A DNA stretch of 64,000 nucleotides, taken from assembly GCA_963816705.1 (NCBI GenBank), contig CAWFLZ010000010.1, forward strand, positions 153,157 to 217,156, in the 5' to 3' direction. The stretch's first letter is position 1, and every line of letters begins with the position of its first letter. Positions 30,948 through 40,689 of this stretch are shown one piece after another. Source of the stretch: an uncultured Acidobacteriaceae bacterium. GTDB taxonomy: Bacteria > Acidobacteriota > Terriglobia > Terriglobales > Acidobacteriaceae. Made by a program: the position numbers and the translations under genes. Under the pieces are notes generated by a model. It made no database searches. It was not told the DNA's origin and was given only the letters and a program-made list of their open reading frames with translations.

Positions 30948-31023
30948 AAGTCACCTCGTCAGTTGGTCGTTAGTCAGTTCGTTTCGCGAGTTCTGCGCAG
31001 CACGTTGCGCTCAGAGTTCCGCC

Positions 31024-31200
31024 TTAGTTGCGATTCGTTTTCCAGGCGCCACCTACAATCGAGATCGCGATATAGACAGCGATTCCGGCGGCAACCCAGA
31101 CGCCCATGTGTCCGGTGGCTGCGCCGATGGCCGCGCCCATTGCGCCTCCCAGCGCGACCGAGAGTCCCAGTGATCTTGCGTGATGTAGTTCGTCCTGCAC
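31024..31200 (-). CDS. Small Gly-zipper membrane protein (GlsB/YeaQ/YmgE-like), not in the ORF track
   Basis: 58 aa from GTG at 31198..31200, with aggagg 7 nt upstream. The sequence is VQDELHHARSLGLSVALGGAMGAAIGAATGHMGVWVAAGIAVYIAISIVGGAWKTNRN. It sits immediately upstream of pspA. Confidence 0.45.
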   Translation of the reverse strand: MQDELHHARSLGLSVALGGAMGAAIGAATGHMGVWVAAGIAVYIAISIVGGAWKTNRN

Positions 31201-31282
31201 AGAATGCCTCCTAGGCGGTCAGAAAGTCATCGCGCCTCCGGCGACTCGCCTGACCAGTGACCTGTGCTTACTTCGCCACTCG

Positions 31283-32788
31283 TTACCTGGCTCTGCCGGC
31301 TTCAGCTGACTTGTCGCCGATCTGCCGGACCTTGCCGAGCAGTTCGCCGAGCGGCATGCCGCTCAGAGCGTCTCGAACAACGCCGGCACCTGCGCGGCCA
31401 TCTTCGTGATGTCGCCCGTGATCTTGTTCATGCCGGCGGCATCGCCGTTGCCCGTGGAGACGATGGTGATCTTGTCGACGTTTGCCAGCGGCGCCGCCAG
31501 TGCCTTCACGATTTCCGGCATGCTCGCGAACAGCTTGTCGATCACGGCCGCCTGGTTGTATTCCTGGATAAGCCTCGGCTTTCACGTTCATCGCCTTGGC
31601 CTCGGCTTCGCCTTTCTTGAAGATGATCTCGGCCTCGGCTTCGCCCTGCTGGCGAATCGACGACGCGTGGCCTTCGGCTTCCGACATCAGGCGCTGCTTT
31701 TCGGCCATGGCGAGCGTTTCGATTCGCTGACGCTCGATCTCGGCCTGCTTCAGGACGGTCGCGATCAGTTCTTTTTCGCGGCGATTGATTTCGGCGTCCT
31801 GCACCTTGACCTGGCCTTCTTTTTCTACTTGCTGCACCCTCACCTGCTCGGCGATCACCTGCTGCTGCATGATGTTGGTCTGGATGTCGTAAGCCTTGTC
31901 GGCCTGCGCCTGCTGCTTCTTCGTGACTTCGAGGTACTGCGCTTTCTTGATTTCGAGATCGCGCTGCGCCTCGGCCTGCTTGGCCTGCGAGAGCGTCTCG
32001 GCGAGCACGCGCTCCTGATCGGCCTGCGCCTTGGCCACCGCCGATTCCCGCGTTGCGATCGCGCGCTTGATGGCCGTATCGCGATCCGCTTCGGCGGTGG
32101 CCACGTCGGCATCGCGCTTGATGCGTGCGACGTCGGGCTTGCCCATGTTGGTGATGTACTCGTTCTTGTCGCGGACTTCTTTAATGGTGAACGAGATGAC
32201 TTCGAGGCCCATCTTGTTCATGTCGTCGGCGCAGGTGCCGCGCATACGATCGCCGACCATCTCGGGCTGCTTGACGATTTCTTCGACCGTGAGCTGTCCG
32301 ATGATGCCGCGCAGGTGGCCTTCCATCACCAGGCGAATCAGGCTTTCACGCTCCTGATCGGTTTTGGTGAGGAACTGTTCGGCGGCGGTCAGGATCGATT
32401 CCTTGTCGGACTTCACCTTGATTTGTGCGACAGCTTCGACGGTGACGGCTACGCCCTGCTTGGTGTAGAGATCCTGCTGCGGAGCGACGTCGAATGACAT
32501 CAGTTCGAGCGAAAGATCGCGGCAGTTTTCGACCATCGGGAAGATGACCGTGCCGTGTCCCTGCACCACGCGCGTGCCGCGAAAGCCGTAAACGATCAGC
32601 GCTTCATGCGGGCCCGCCTTGCGGTACAGACGGGCTAGCGAGCTGATCAGGAAAAGGACCACGAGGACGGCGAGTCCCGCGAAGATCCAGATTTCTACTG
32701 CGATGCCGCCGAATGACATAACGCCTCCTAGAGAGCCGCGAGCTGTGAAAGCCGCGAGCTGCGAGCCACAAACCAAACGCCAAAACAA
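31283..32788 (-). pseudogene. Flotillin / SPFH (band 7) family protein, C-terminus disrupted by +1 and +2 insertions
   Basis: The SPFH domain and long EA-rich coiled coil are intact. The C-terminal 60 aa are read in another frame (ORF 31363..31545: IDKLFASMPEIVKALAAPLANVDKITIVSTGNG...). Insertions lie near 31565 (+1) and near 31366 (+2). Confidence 0.85.
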
Positions 32789-32825
32789 AACTCAAACAAG
32801 GCCACCTCGACCTGCATGCAATACG

Positions 32826-33767
32826 TCAACTTGTTGTTGCCGCGCCCATCATTCGATCCAGGTCGCGAACAATGCGCGCGGGATCGTTGTGGCCTAAATA
32901 GACATCCCCGTTAGTGGTCGTGATGTGCACCACCTTGTTGCACCAGACGTAGGCGCGGGTTGTTCCAATGCCGCGAATTCCATAACCGCGAATGAATGAC
33001 CAGGGTTCAATCGCATAGCTCACGACGGCGGACCGGGGAATCGAGCGTAGCCGCAGGCCGAGCATGCGAATGTCAAGGCCGTGCTGCATGAACCGGTATT
33101 GAAATCCCGCCCAAGCCATTGCGAAGGCGAAGATGCCGACCGCCAACACCAGTAGCATTGGAATGCGAACCGCTCCCGGAGCAAATACCATCGCGATGAT
33201 TGGGCTGAGTATCGCGATAAGAATCACTAAGCTCCACGGGCGGCCGGCGTGCGTCTCAATGGTCAAGGTCTCTCCGTCCGGCAACGGCGCCTGCCGGTGA
33301 AGCAGAAGATACGCGGCGATAAGCCCTGCGACTGCAACCGCCAGAACGAGCACGACGCGCCCGGGATGAATCGGTGCTCCGTTTGCGTTGTAGTTGATTA
33401 CCGCCTGATTGACGGAGAGGAGAAATCCGATGAGCACGGCAAAGAAGCCGAGCAGAACCCAGGCAAGACTCGCGACCGAACGCCAACTGGCGGCGACGAG
33501 CACGATCGTGCTGACCACCAGAGCGATGGCGATCATCGACAAATTGAAGTCGAGAGACTGCTCCCGCGTCATCCAGCCGTTTGCCTGATTAGCGGCGTTG
33601 AAGTGAACCGCCATGCGAGCAGGCAATTGGTCCCAAGCCTGGCGATGCTGGAGGGCGAGGATGGGCAGCGCCAGCCACAGCAACACGGTTGCGAGATGGA
33701 AGAATTTTCGATTCATAATCAGCCCCGAGCTTTCACTGACGAGCTTCGAGTACGCCACCAGGCGCAC
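32826..33767 (-). CDS. Hypothetical polytopic membrane protein
   Basis: 313 aa with about 5 TM helices and a C-terminal soluble domain. Probable internal start at MNRKFFHLATVLLWL. Confidence 0.5.
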   Translation of the reverse strand: MRLVAYSKLVSESSGLIMNRKFFHLATVLLWLALPILALQHRQAWDQLPARMAVHFNAANQANGWMTREQSLDFNLSMIAIALVVSTIVLVAASWRSVASLAWVLLGFFAVLIGFLLSVNQAVINYNANGAPIHPGRVVLVLAVAVAGLIAAYLLLHRQAPLPDGETLTIETHAGRPWSLVILIAILSPIIAMVFAPGAVRIPMLLVLAVGIFAFAMAWAGFQYRFMQHGLDIRMLGLRLRSIPRSAVVSYAIEPWSFIRGYGIRGIGTTRAYVWCNKVVHITTTNGDVYLGHNDPARIVRDLDRMMGAATTS

Positions 33768-33800
33768 AAATGAGGGACGGGCGGCGCAACGGGCGCTCCG

Positions 33801-34490
33801 TTACTCACCTCTCATTTCCTCCCAGCGTCTGACGTATGCGATACCCTTCTCGTAGCGCGTAACTACAACCTCCGCTCCTTTTTCGATGACGGTTCCGGCT
33901 TCGCTGCGGGCGCCGCAAGTGCGCCGGGTTCCCGCCTGCGAGTAGATAATCTCGCCCGTGCCGCTTTCGCGGATCGGCATCGAGGTTCGTCCGAGCACGC
34001 CCACCATTTCGTAGTCGGCGGAGTCCATGTTCTCGTCGGGCGACATCAGCACCCGGCTCAGAAATAGAAACACGATTCCTCCTCCAGCCAGGCCCGCGCC
34101 CGTTGAAAGCAGCAATCCCAGCGCGAACCAGACATGCGCATAGCGAGTGATCAGAAATCCCGTTCCGCCGAACCATGCCAGGAACGCGGTCAGCGTAATG
34201 AAGTTGAAGGCAGAGATATCTGCGCCGCCTTTTGCGCCGCCCGGCCCGGCATGACCGTGGGCGACCGGCGCGTGAGCCGCGTGCCCGGAACCGATTGCGC
34301 CTGCCGCACCGCCTCCCCCCGCAACGTGCCCCAGCGCGCCGCCGTGCGGAAGATGAGGCAGATGCACGTGCAAACGCAGCCCGCCGGCGACGAACGAGAT
34401 CGCGCTCAACAGAAATCCAACGGCGAAACAGATCAGATAGAAATCAGCCCAGGTCATAGGTTTCGCCTCCTTCGCGCCCTCAAGTTCCAT
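33801..34490 (-). CDS. NfeD-family membrane protein (flotillin partner) with a His/Gly-rich insert
   Basis: 229 aa. N-terminal TMs, a His-rich low-complexity stretch (HVHLPHLPHGGALGHVAGGGGAAGAIGSGHAAHAPVAHGHAGPGG), and a C-terminal OB-fold region (GTGEIIY...). Adjacent to the flotillin gene. Confidence 0.7.
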   Translation of the reverse strand: MELEGAKEAKPMTWADFYLICFAVGFLLSAISFVAGGLRLHVHLPHLPHGGALGHVAGGGGAAGAIGSGHAAHAPVAHGHAGPGGAKGGADISAFNFITLTAFLAWFGGTGFLITRYAHVWFALGLLLSTGAGLAGGGIVFLFLSRVLMSPDENMDSADYEMVGVLGRTSMPIRESGTGEIIYSQAGTRRTCGARSEAGTVIEKGAEVVVTRYEKGIAYVRRWEEMRGE

Positions 34491-34561
34491 GCGGCGAGCT
34501 TGGAATCAGTCCCCATGTTCTTTGTCCGAGCGGGCGCGTGGCCCGCTTGCCTCCATGCCCT

Positions 34562-35116
34562 TCACACCCGTCTTTGGCGGGGCGCGCCGTCTGCCGGACT
34601 CAGCGCCTCGAACAGACGGTCGGCCAAGCCTGGCGTATTCAAAATTTCGCCGAGCAGTAGAAGCGCCCGACGCGTGTCCTTCTCCCTCGCCGCCTTGATG
34701 AGCGCCTCGCTCACCGGCGGATCACTGGCAAAACGCTCCGAACCTTGCAGCAGCCAGACATCGAGTTGGCCTTCGGTCGTCCGCAGGTCTGAGGTCAACT
34801 CGGCGTGATAGCCCTCCGGATCGTCGACCAGGAACCCGGGATGCACCTTGAAAAATCGCGCCAGCAACGTGCGCGTCGATTGCGTCATGTGCGGCCGCCG
34901 GCCGCCCTCGATTTGCGACAAGTACGACTGGCTGATGGCTTTGCCGGTCTCTTTGCGAATGGACTTCATCAGCTCCTGCTGAGTCATCGGGCGGCCCAGG
35001 CCGCGCAGCGAGCCTTCAACCTCGCGCAGGTATCGAATTTTTTCGCCTAATGTCATCGGTTGGCAGGGCTTGTTTTTTGCATGGCGCGAAATCTTTAGAT
35101 TCCCCGTCCATGCCAT
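34562..35116 (-). CDS. XRE-family helix-turn-helix transcriptional regulator
   Basis: HTH around QQELMKSIRKETGKAISQSYLSQIEGGRR. The likely start is an internal Met (MTLGEKIRYL). Confidence 0.6.
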   Translation of the reverse strand: MAWTGNLKISRHAKNKPCQPMTLGEKIRYLREVEGSLRGLGRPMTQQELMKSIRKETGKAISQSYLSQIEGGRRPHMTQSTRTLLARFFKVHPGFLVDDPEGYHAELTSDLRTTEGQLDVWLLQGSERFASDPPVSEALIKAAREKDTRRALLLLGEILNTPGLADRLFEALSPADGAPRQRRV

Positions 35117-35352
35117 ATTCCATATCGCGATAAATATATCGCAATATGAAATATTGTCAAGAACTGGATGTGGCGCTTTTTGAGGGACTTGCGGCGCGCC
35201 TTGGAAATCGAGAGCTCACCGCGCTGAGTTTAACGAATCAAGGATGGAAGTTATTGGAGCGAGGGAGGCTGACGGCGGGTCGCGAAAACGCTTGTCTCGT
35301 GGGTACTTCAGGCATCAGCCCGCGCCTCAGCGCCGGGCTATGACAATCAAAT

Positions 35353-38300
35353 CTAGTTCACGGTCAACTCGACGATGGTTTGATGCGTGGCCCCTGTTCC
35401 CGCCGACGCCGTGATCGTGATGAAGTAATTTCCGGCCTGCGTTCCTCCTCCGGACTGTGCGGCGCTGCTGCCGGAACTACAGGCAGGTTGCAACAGGATT
35501 AAACCAGCCAGCAATCCGAGCAGTGTCCCGATGATCCAGCGACGTCGTTTGCGGCCAGCGCCCATGCCCAGGCCGACCAGGCTCAAGCCTCCAATGGGCA
35601 GCCACGCAGCATAGAAAGCTCTGTGGCGGAAGAGGCTGCCGCTGTTGACCGGGCGGGGCACGGTTTGGATATTCAGTACCGTGCCCTGTGCGGACGTTCC
35701 TGCGAGTATGACGGGATTAATCGTGAAGGTCGGGGAAGGGTTGGTCACCATCGAAGGCGAAGAGCTTAGAGTCATGGTGACGTTCGCGTTGTATCCGAGA
35801 TTCATATCCGGCATCAGGGTTACGTCAATAACCGCAAGTTGGCCAGCGATGACCTGTGCGCCTTGGTTGGTCACAACCGCGTTCAGGGAAAAGTCGGTGA
35901 CACTCACGGATTGGCTCAATTTGGCGCTCGCCTGTCCCTCGTTCGCGAATGCCTGGGCATTGGTGACGCCGATCGTCTCGTTTGGATCTACTCTCGGAAT
36001 CGACGGCGTGACAAATACTGCCACCTGGGCTTTAGCCCCTACAGCCAAAGATCCAACCTGGCAGACGATCGTCCCGGTCAAACCACTCGTACAGCTTCCC
36101 GCGCCGTTACTAACGACTTCGGCGCTGGGAATGGTTTGCACCCCCGACTGGGGCACGGTGACCTGAAACGTCACGTTGCTCGCTGGGTCGGGTCCGTTGT
36201 TTGTTATATCGAAGTTGAAAGTGCCCTGAGTTCCCGCCGGGAGAGGGTTGGGAGAGGGACTGCCGGATGAAATCGATAACGCGAGCGAACTGCTGCTCCC
36301 GAGTTCAGTCACGAAAGCGTCTTGCGTGCCGATTAATCCCGATTGATAAGGGTTGGCGACCGGGAAATTAAAGGACTGCGTTACACCAGCGACGTAGGCC
36401 GTGCCGGTGTTATCAATCGCAATGCCCGTGCCTTGGTCGAGAAAGTTGCCGCCGAGATAGGTGACGTAGTTGCCGGTGTCGCCGCTGAGTACCTCAGACG
36501 ACATGAGCGCCACGAAGGCGTCACTGGGGGGACCGCCGTAGGTCAACTGGTAGGGGTCCTGGAGAACGAGGTCAGTCGAGGTGGTAGTGCCCGCAATGTG
36601 AGCCGTCTGGACCGAGTCGACGGCGATGGAGTTCCCGCTATCCGAGCCGGTGCCGCCGAGGTACGCGAAGAAAACCAGCGGGAATATACCGCCCTGATAG
36701 TTGGCGACTTTGGCGATGAACGCGTCGTCGCCTCCCACATATGCGCCATAATTGGGGGCAAAAGCGCAGGCGTTGGTGCTGGTGCAATTCCAATCATTCG
36801 AAGTGGTCGCGCCGGTGACGTAGGCATTGCCGGAGCTGTCCGCGGCGACGGCATTGCCGTTGTCGTTTCCGGCTCCGCCGAGGTAAGTGGAGTAGCTAGG
36901 CACCGCTCCGTTCTGGTTCGGATTGAGTTTGACGAGAATTGCATCGGTGTTGGTGCCCGCCGACCCGCAACCAGTAGCTTGTGTTACGCCGGATTGGTTG
37001 AGACAGCTTTGCCATGCGTTAACGAGCGGGAACGCAGCTTCGCCGTTTGGCCCAGGTACTCCAGGCATGCTCGTTGTGCCGGTGAAATACATATTGACGC
37101 TGCTGCGGGGATTGTTGGACGGGACATCGACGGCAATCCCACCGCCCGTCGCATCAGGTCCCACCTGGTATCCGCCGCCGAAGTAAGTGGAGTAGAGCAT
37201 GCTCTGTGAACCGCTGCCGGCCGTATTGATCTCGCTCGCAAAGAACTGTTTTGGCCCGGAAGTTACCGGGCACGGAATGCCGCCCGACTGTGCCACCTGC
37301 CAAGGGCAGATTTGATAGCCGTTGGGCGTGGATGGGAAGCCCGTGAGAATGTCCGATGAAGTGGTGGTGCCGGTGACGTACGCGTCGAAGAAGCTGTCCA
37401 CGGCGAGGCCGGTGACGACGTCGTTCTCGGTCGTGCTTCCGCTGCTCGTGTTGCCGGCGAGGATGGTCGAGTACTTGAGGGTGAAAACGTTGCTGCCGGA
37501 CGCACTCGAAGCGTTGATCGCGCTGACGAAGCCGTGGGTCTGGCTTCCGGTCCAAGTCACGCCGGATGCCTGTTGGAAGGCGTTGGATGTCGTAGGAAAG
37601 TCTGGCGAGCTGGTGTATCCGGCAACATAAATATTGATGTTCGGGAAGCTCGGATTGACAGGATCTACCGCGACGCCACCGAGATAGTCCTTCCCAGAGC
37701 CGCCCAGGTAGGTGGCGAAGAGTAGCTGAGCGGAGCCGGATCCCGCCGATGGGCTCAGCACGGCGATGAAAATGTTTTGAGCGCCATTAAGAGTAGTCTG
37801 AATTGCTCCTGCCGTCGTCGGGAAGCTCGCCGAAGTCGTCGAGCCAGCAGCGTAGACATTATCGGCTGAATCGACGGCCACACTGACAAGCGATTCGCCT
37901 CCCATGCCGAGATAGGTGGAATAGCTGAGGAGGGGATCGATGACCAGTTCACGAGAATGATCGTAATGGCCGACGGTGAATGCGACCTTGTTATCGGCGA
38001 TTAGGCGGAATCCCCCCGCAACGGCGGAACTGGTCGGCTTCGATGAATCTGCGGCGGCCTTGCTCCCGGACGTTGGCTGATAGATGTGAGGTGCCTGAAA
38101 GCGGATGTCGCCGTCGGCGGTCGTCAGCACGAGGTCTCCGGAGTCCAGGCGCGCTGACGCTCCCTTGAAGCTGAGCGCGATCTGATTGGGATCGGCGCCG
38201 GGAGCGACGCGGAAGTCATATTCAAGCTGCTTCTGATTTCCGTAATAGACGAGGTCGACGCCGGGATAGACCCGCTGATATTCGACGCGGGCAAACTGCG

Positions 38301-38973
38301 AAACGCCGCGACGCCATTTGGACGGATCGTTTCCGATGAAGTAGTTGCTTTTGCCGGGAAGCGGCTCGGTGCCCTGAATGCGTGCCGAGGAACTGGCCCC
38401 ATCGAGATGCATGCGGACGACGGTCGACTTCGCGGGCTGTCTCTTAGCCACATGGTGTTGAAGTGAGAGCACGGCTTCGTCGGCGGTGAGGAACAAGCTG
38501 TAACCTGATCCGCGCGCGAGGAATTTGACGCGGCCGTCAGTCTGGCCGACGTTGGGTTCGAAGAAGAGCGGGAATGACAATGAGCGGGCAGAACCCGGAT
38601 GCGCTGCGGGGTGGCGAGCGGAAGTAGAGACGAGTTCCAGTCCCGGAACTGATGAGGCGAATCCGGGAGCGGCCAATCCGGCCGGACCTGACCCCGCCGC
38701 TGCGGTGGCCGATCCCGACGAGGCAAAATGGAATGCCATGCCCGCCACGGTTAATATGACCACAGCCAGCATGGCCGCTTTCATCGCCCAAAAACCTGTT
38801 GCCGCGCCGCGATACCCTGGTCTCGACTGTCCCACTGACCCTCCTACCAACGCATGGTAATTCCGATTCACCGAGCTCCTCCGATTTCCCAATCGTGGGA
38901 TAAGAATAAAGAGAGGCACACAACACCGCCATGGCTCGACGCCCCTGGGAAGCGGATGCGCACCCGTCACCAA
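35353..38973 (-). CDS. Large secreted SBBP-repeat (beta-propeller) protein with a C-terminal PEP-CTERM-like segment
   Basis: 1206 aa. Many repeats of the form YLGGxGxDxGxxIAVDSxGNAYVTGxTxSxDFP (SBBP, PF06739). Near the C-terminus there is a hydrophobic segment followed by GRKRRRW. Confidence 0.75.
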   Translation of the reverse strand: MVTGAHPLPRGVEPWRCCVPLFILIPRLGNRRSSVNRNYHALVGGSVGQSRPGYRGAATGFWAMKAAMLAVVILTVAGMAFHFASSGSATAAAGSGPAGLAAPGFASSVPGLELVSTSARHPAAHPGSARSLSFPLFFEPNVGQTDGRVKFLARGSGYSLFLTADEAVLSLQHHVAKRQPAKSTVVRMHLDGASSSARIQGTEPLPGKSNYFIGNDPSKWRRGVSQFARVEYQRVYPGVDLVYYGNQKQLEYDFRVAPGADPNQIALSFKGASARLDSGDLVLTTADGDIRFQAPHIYQPTSGSKAAADSSKPTSSAVAGGFRLIADNKVAFTVGHYDHSRELVIDPLLSYSTYLGMGGESLVSVAVDSADNVYAAGSTTSASFPTTAGAIQTTLNGAQNIFIAVLSPSAGSGSAQLLFATYLGGSGKDYLGGVAVDPVNPSFPNINIYVAGYTSSPDFPTTSNAFQQASGVTWTGSQTHGFVSAINASSASGSNVFTLKYSTILAGNTSSGSTTENDVVTGLAVDSFFDAYVTGTTTSSDILTGFPSTPNGYQICPWQVAQSGGIPCPVTSGPKQFFASEINTAGSGSQSMLYSTYFGGGYQVGPDATGGGIAVDVPSNNPRSSVNMYFTGTTSMPGVPGPNGEAAFPLVNAWQSCLNQSGVTQATGCGSAGTNTDAILVKLNPNQNGAVPSYSTYLGGAGNDNGNAVAADSSGNAYVTGATTSNDWNCTSTNACAFAPNYGAYVGGDDAFIAKVANYQGGIFPLVFFAYLGGTGSDSGNSIAVDSVQTAHIAGTTTSTDLVLQDPYQLTYGGPPSDAFVALMSSEVLSGDTGNYVTYLGGNFLDQGTGIAIDNTGTAYVAGVTQSFNFPVANPYQSGLIGTQDAFVTELGSSSSLALSISSGSPSPNPLPAGTQGTFNFDITNNGPDPASNVTFQVTVPQSGVQTIPSAEVVSNGAGSCTSGLTGTIVCQVGSLAVGAKAQVAVFVTPSIPRVDPNETIGVTNAQAFANEGQASAKLSQSVSVTDFSLNAVVTNQGAQVIAGQLAVIDVTLMPDMNLGYNANVTMTLSSSPSMVTNPSPTFTINPVILAGTSAQGTVLNIQTVPRPVNSGSLFRHRAFYAAWLPIGGLSLVGLGMGAGRKRRRWIIGTLLGLLAGLILLQPACSSGSSAAQSGGGTQAGNYFITITASAGTGATHQTIVELTVN

Positions 38974-39100
38974 AAACTGGGATTAAAGCAATTAAATACT
39001 TTTACATCCAAGAGATACGCTGTCAAGCGGACGGACAACGCTGGATCGCATTAATGAGAAGCGTGGGAGAGGAAGAATGGTTGTAAAGGGACCCGCGGGT

Positions 39101-39448
39101 TTAAATTTCCACAGGCTGTTGGAAAGGCTTGACGCGAATTTGCTTCTCTCGCTTGCGCGTTTCAGCGATGTCGTAGGCGGCCTGCATTCGCATCAAGGTA
39201 TCCATCTTTACCCCAAAAGCCTTTTCAATACGGAGCGCCATATCACCCGAGAGATCGGCCTTGCCGTTGAGCAGGCTCGACAGCGCGGGCCGGGAAACCC
39301 GGAGAACAGCTGCGGCTGCGGTCACCGACAGGCCGGCCGGCTCGATGATCTCGGTTCGAATGAAATCTCCCGGATGGGCCGGGTTCTTCATCGCCATGGT
39401 GGTACTCCTCTCCCGTCTTAGTGACAATCTTCCAAGTTCACGTCGCAA
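39101..39448 (-). CDS. higA: HigA-family antitoxin (XRE HTH)
   Basis: HPGDFIRTEIIEPAGLSVTAAAAVLRVSRPALSSLLNGKADLSGDMALRIEKAFG is the typical HigA HTH. The probable start is Met-17 (39397). It overlaps or abuts higB. Confidence 0.7.
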   Translation of the reverse strand: MRRELGRLSLRRERSTTMAMKNPAHPGDFIRTEIIEPAGLSVTAAAAVLRVSRPALSSLLNGKADLSGDMALRIEKAFGVKMDTLMRMQAAYDIAETRKREKQIRVKPFQQPVEI

Positions 39449-39708
39449 ACTTCTTTTTCCACGGCGTCAATCTGGAACGTCAGTCGCCGGTTGCGGGTCA
39501 CGCTGAGACTCCAAGTCCCCTTCCGGTCACCGCTGAGCGTGTGGACCTTCCACGACGGTAGAGCGCGCAGTTCCTCGGCGTCGTCCATGTTGTCGAGAAA
39601 CGCCAGCATCTTCCGAAGCTTCTCAGCCGAATCCGCCGGAACGCCTTTTGCGCTGTCCTCGGTGTAGAGCTCTTTCAACCCTTTGTGGGAGAAGTTCCGA
39701 ATTCGCAC
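39418..39708 (-). CDS. higB: HigB-family toxin (RelE/ParE superfamily)
   Basis: 96 aa. IRNFSHKGLKELY...LRALPSWKVHTLSGDRKGTWSLSVTRNRRLTFQIDAVEKEVCDVNLEDCH matches the HigB plasmid-maintenance killer protein. Confidence 0.8.
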   Translation of the reverse strand: MRIRNFSHKGLKELYTEDSAKGVPADSAEKLRKMLAFLDNMDDAEELRALPSWKVHTLSGDRKGTWSLSVTRNRRLTFQIDAVEKEVCDVNLEDCH

Positions 39709-39789
39709 ACGAATACTGTAGCCTGTCGCTTAACACTTGTCAAACCTGCGGAGAGTCGTTTTGCCGTGCGGCTGCGGCGAATCCCGTCC

Positions 39790-39915
39790 CTACTTCTTCA
39801 ATTCGTCCACTTCCCGCTTCAGCCGCGAGTAGCGGCGCATGATCGTCGCCAGGTAGGTGATGTGGATGATCCAGGTGGCAGCGTAAGCGGCAAAAAGGTA
39901 AGGGTTGGATCTCAT
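39790..39915 (-). CDS. ccmD: Heme exporter protein CcmD (41 aa), not in the ORF track
   Basis: MRSNPYLFAAYAATWIIHITYLATIMRRYSRLKREVDELKK. A single TM followed by a basic tail is typical of CcmD. The ATG overlaps the ccmC TGA (ATGA). Confidence 0.55.
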   Translation of the reverse strand: MRSNPYLFAAYAATWIIHITYLATIMRRYSRLKREVDELKK

Positions 39916-40619
39916 CGGGCGCTCCTAGATTGCGCGGGTTCGTCCATCAGCGAGCGCATAGCGTGGGCTTCGTCAACTTCACGTTGCAGGACCTCGAGGC
40001 GAAAGCGCGACCAGCAGACGAGAAATGCAAAGCAGGAAAATGCCAGCCAGTTGAGAAGAAGCACGTGCATCATGCGGGGATCGATCGATCCACCGTTGCC
40101 CATCACGGGCTGCGGATGCTGTGTGCGAAAGAACCAGATCGAGAAATAAACGAAGGGAACGCAGAGCGCGCCGAGAATTGCAAGAGCGGCTGCGAGCACC
40201 GGAGTCTGGCCGCTCGACGAAAATTTACGCAGAAAAAGATAGCTCACGTAGATAAGCCAGAGCACAAGCGTCGAGGTGAGGCGCATGTCCCACGTCCACC
40301 AGATCCCCCAGACCGGCCGCGCCCAGATGGGTCCCGTAATGAGAACGACAGTGCAGAAGACGACTCCGACTTCGGCGGTTACCAGCGCCAGGATGTCAGC
40401 TGTGGGGCAGCGCTTGATCAGGTAGTAGACCGACGCGCCCAGATTAATAAAGAAGAGCAGAAAAGCCGTCCAGGCCGAGGGTACGTGATAATAAAAAATT
40501 CGCTGCACCATGCCCATGGTTTGCTCGGTTGGAGCCCCGTTCGGACTGAGCGCCATGTACATGGCGTAGCTCAGCAGGATGCCGGTGAGAACTACGAGAA
40601 TGGGAAAGACGTATTTCAT
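39912..40619 (-). CDS. ccmC: Heme exporter protein CcmC
   Basis: 235 aa with 6 TM helices and the WWD-domain motif (WGIWWTWDMRLTS). Confidence 0.9.
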   Translation of the reverse strand: MKYVFPILVVLTGILLSYAMYMALSPNGAPTEQTMGMVQRIFYYHVPSAWTAFLLFFINLGASVYYLIKRCPTADILALVTAEVGVVFCTVVLITGPIWARPVWGIWWTWDMRLTSTLVLWLIYVSYLFLRKFSSSGQTPVLAAALAILGALCVPFVYFSIWFFRTQHPQPVMGNGGSIDPRMMHVLLLNWLAFSCFAFLVCWSRFRLEVLQREVDEAHAMRSLMDEPAQSRSAR

Positions 40620-40689
40620 GGTTTAGCCTCGAGTCTCGAGTGACGAGTTTCGAGTAAAACGCAAGCCTCGCGGCTCGCTACCCGCGGCT

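Noticed and set aside
31363-31545. 60-aa ORF inside the flotillin gene as a separate small protein
   Set aside because: It is the genuine flotillin C-terminal segment displaced by +1 and +2 insertions. It is not an independent gene.
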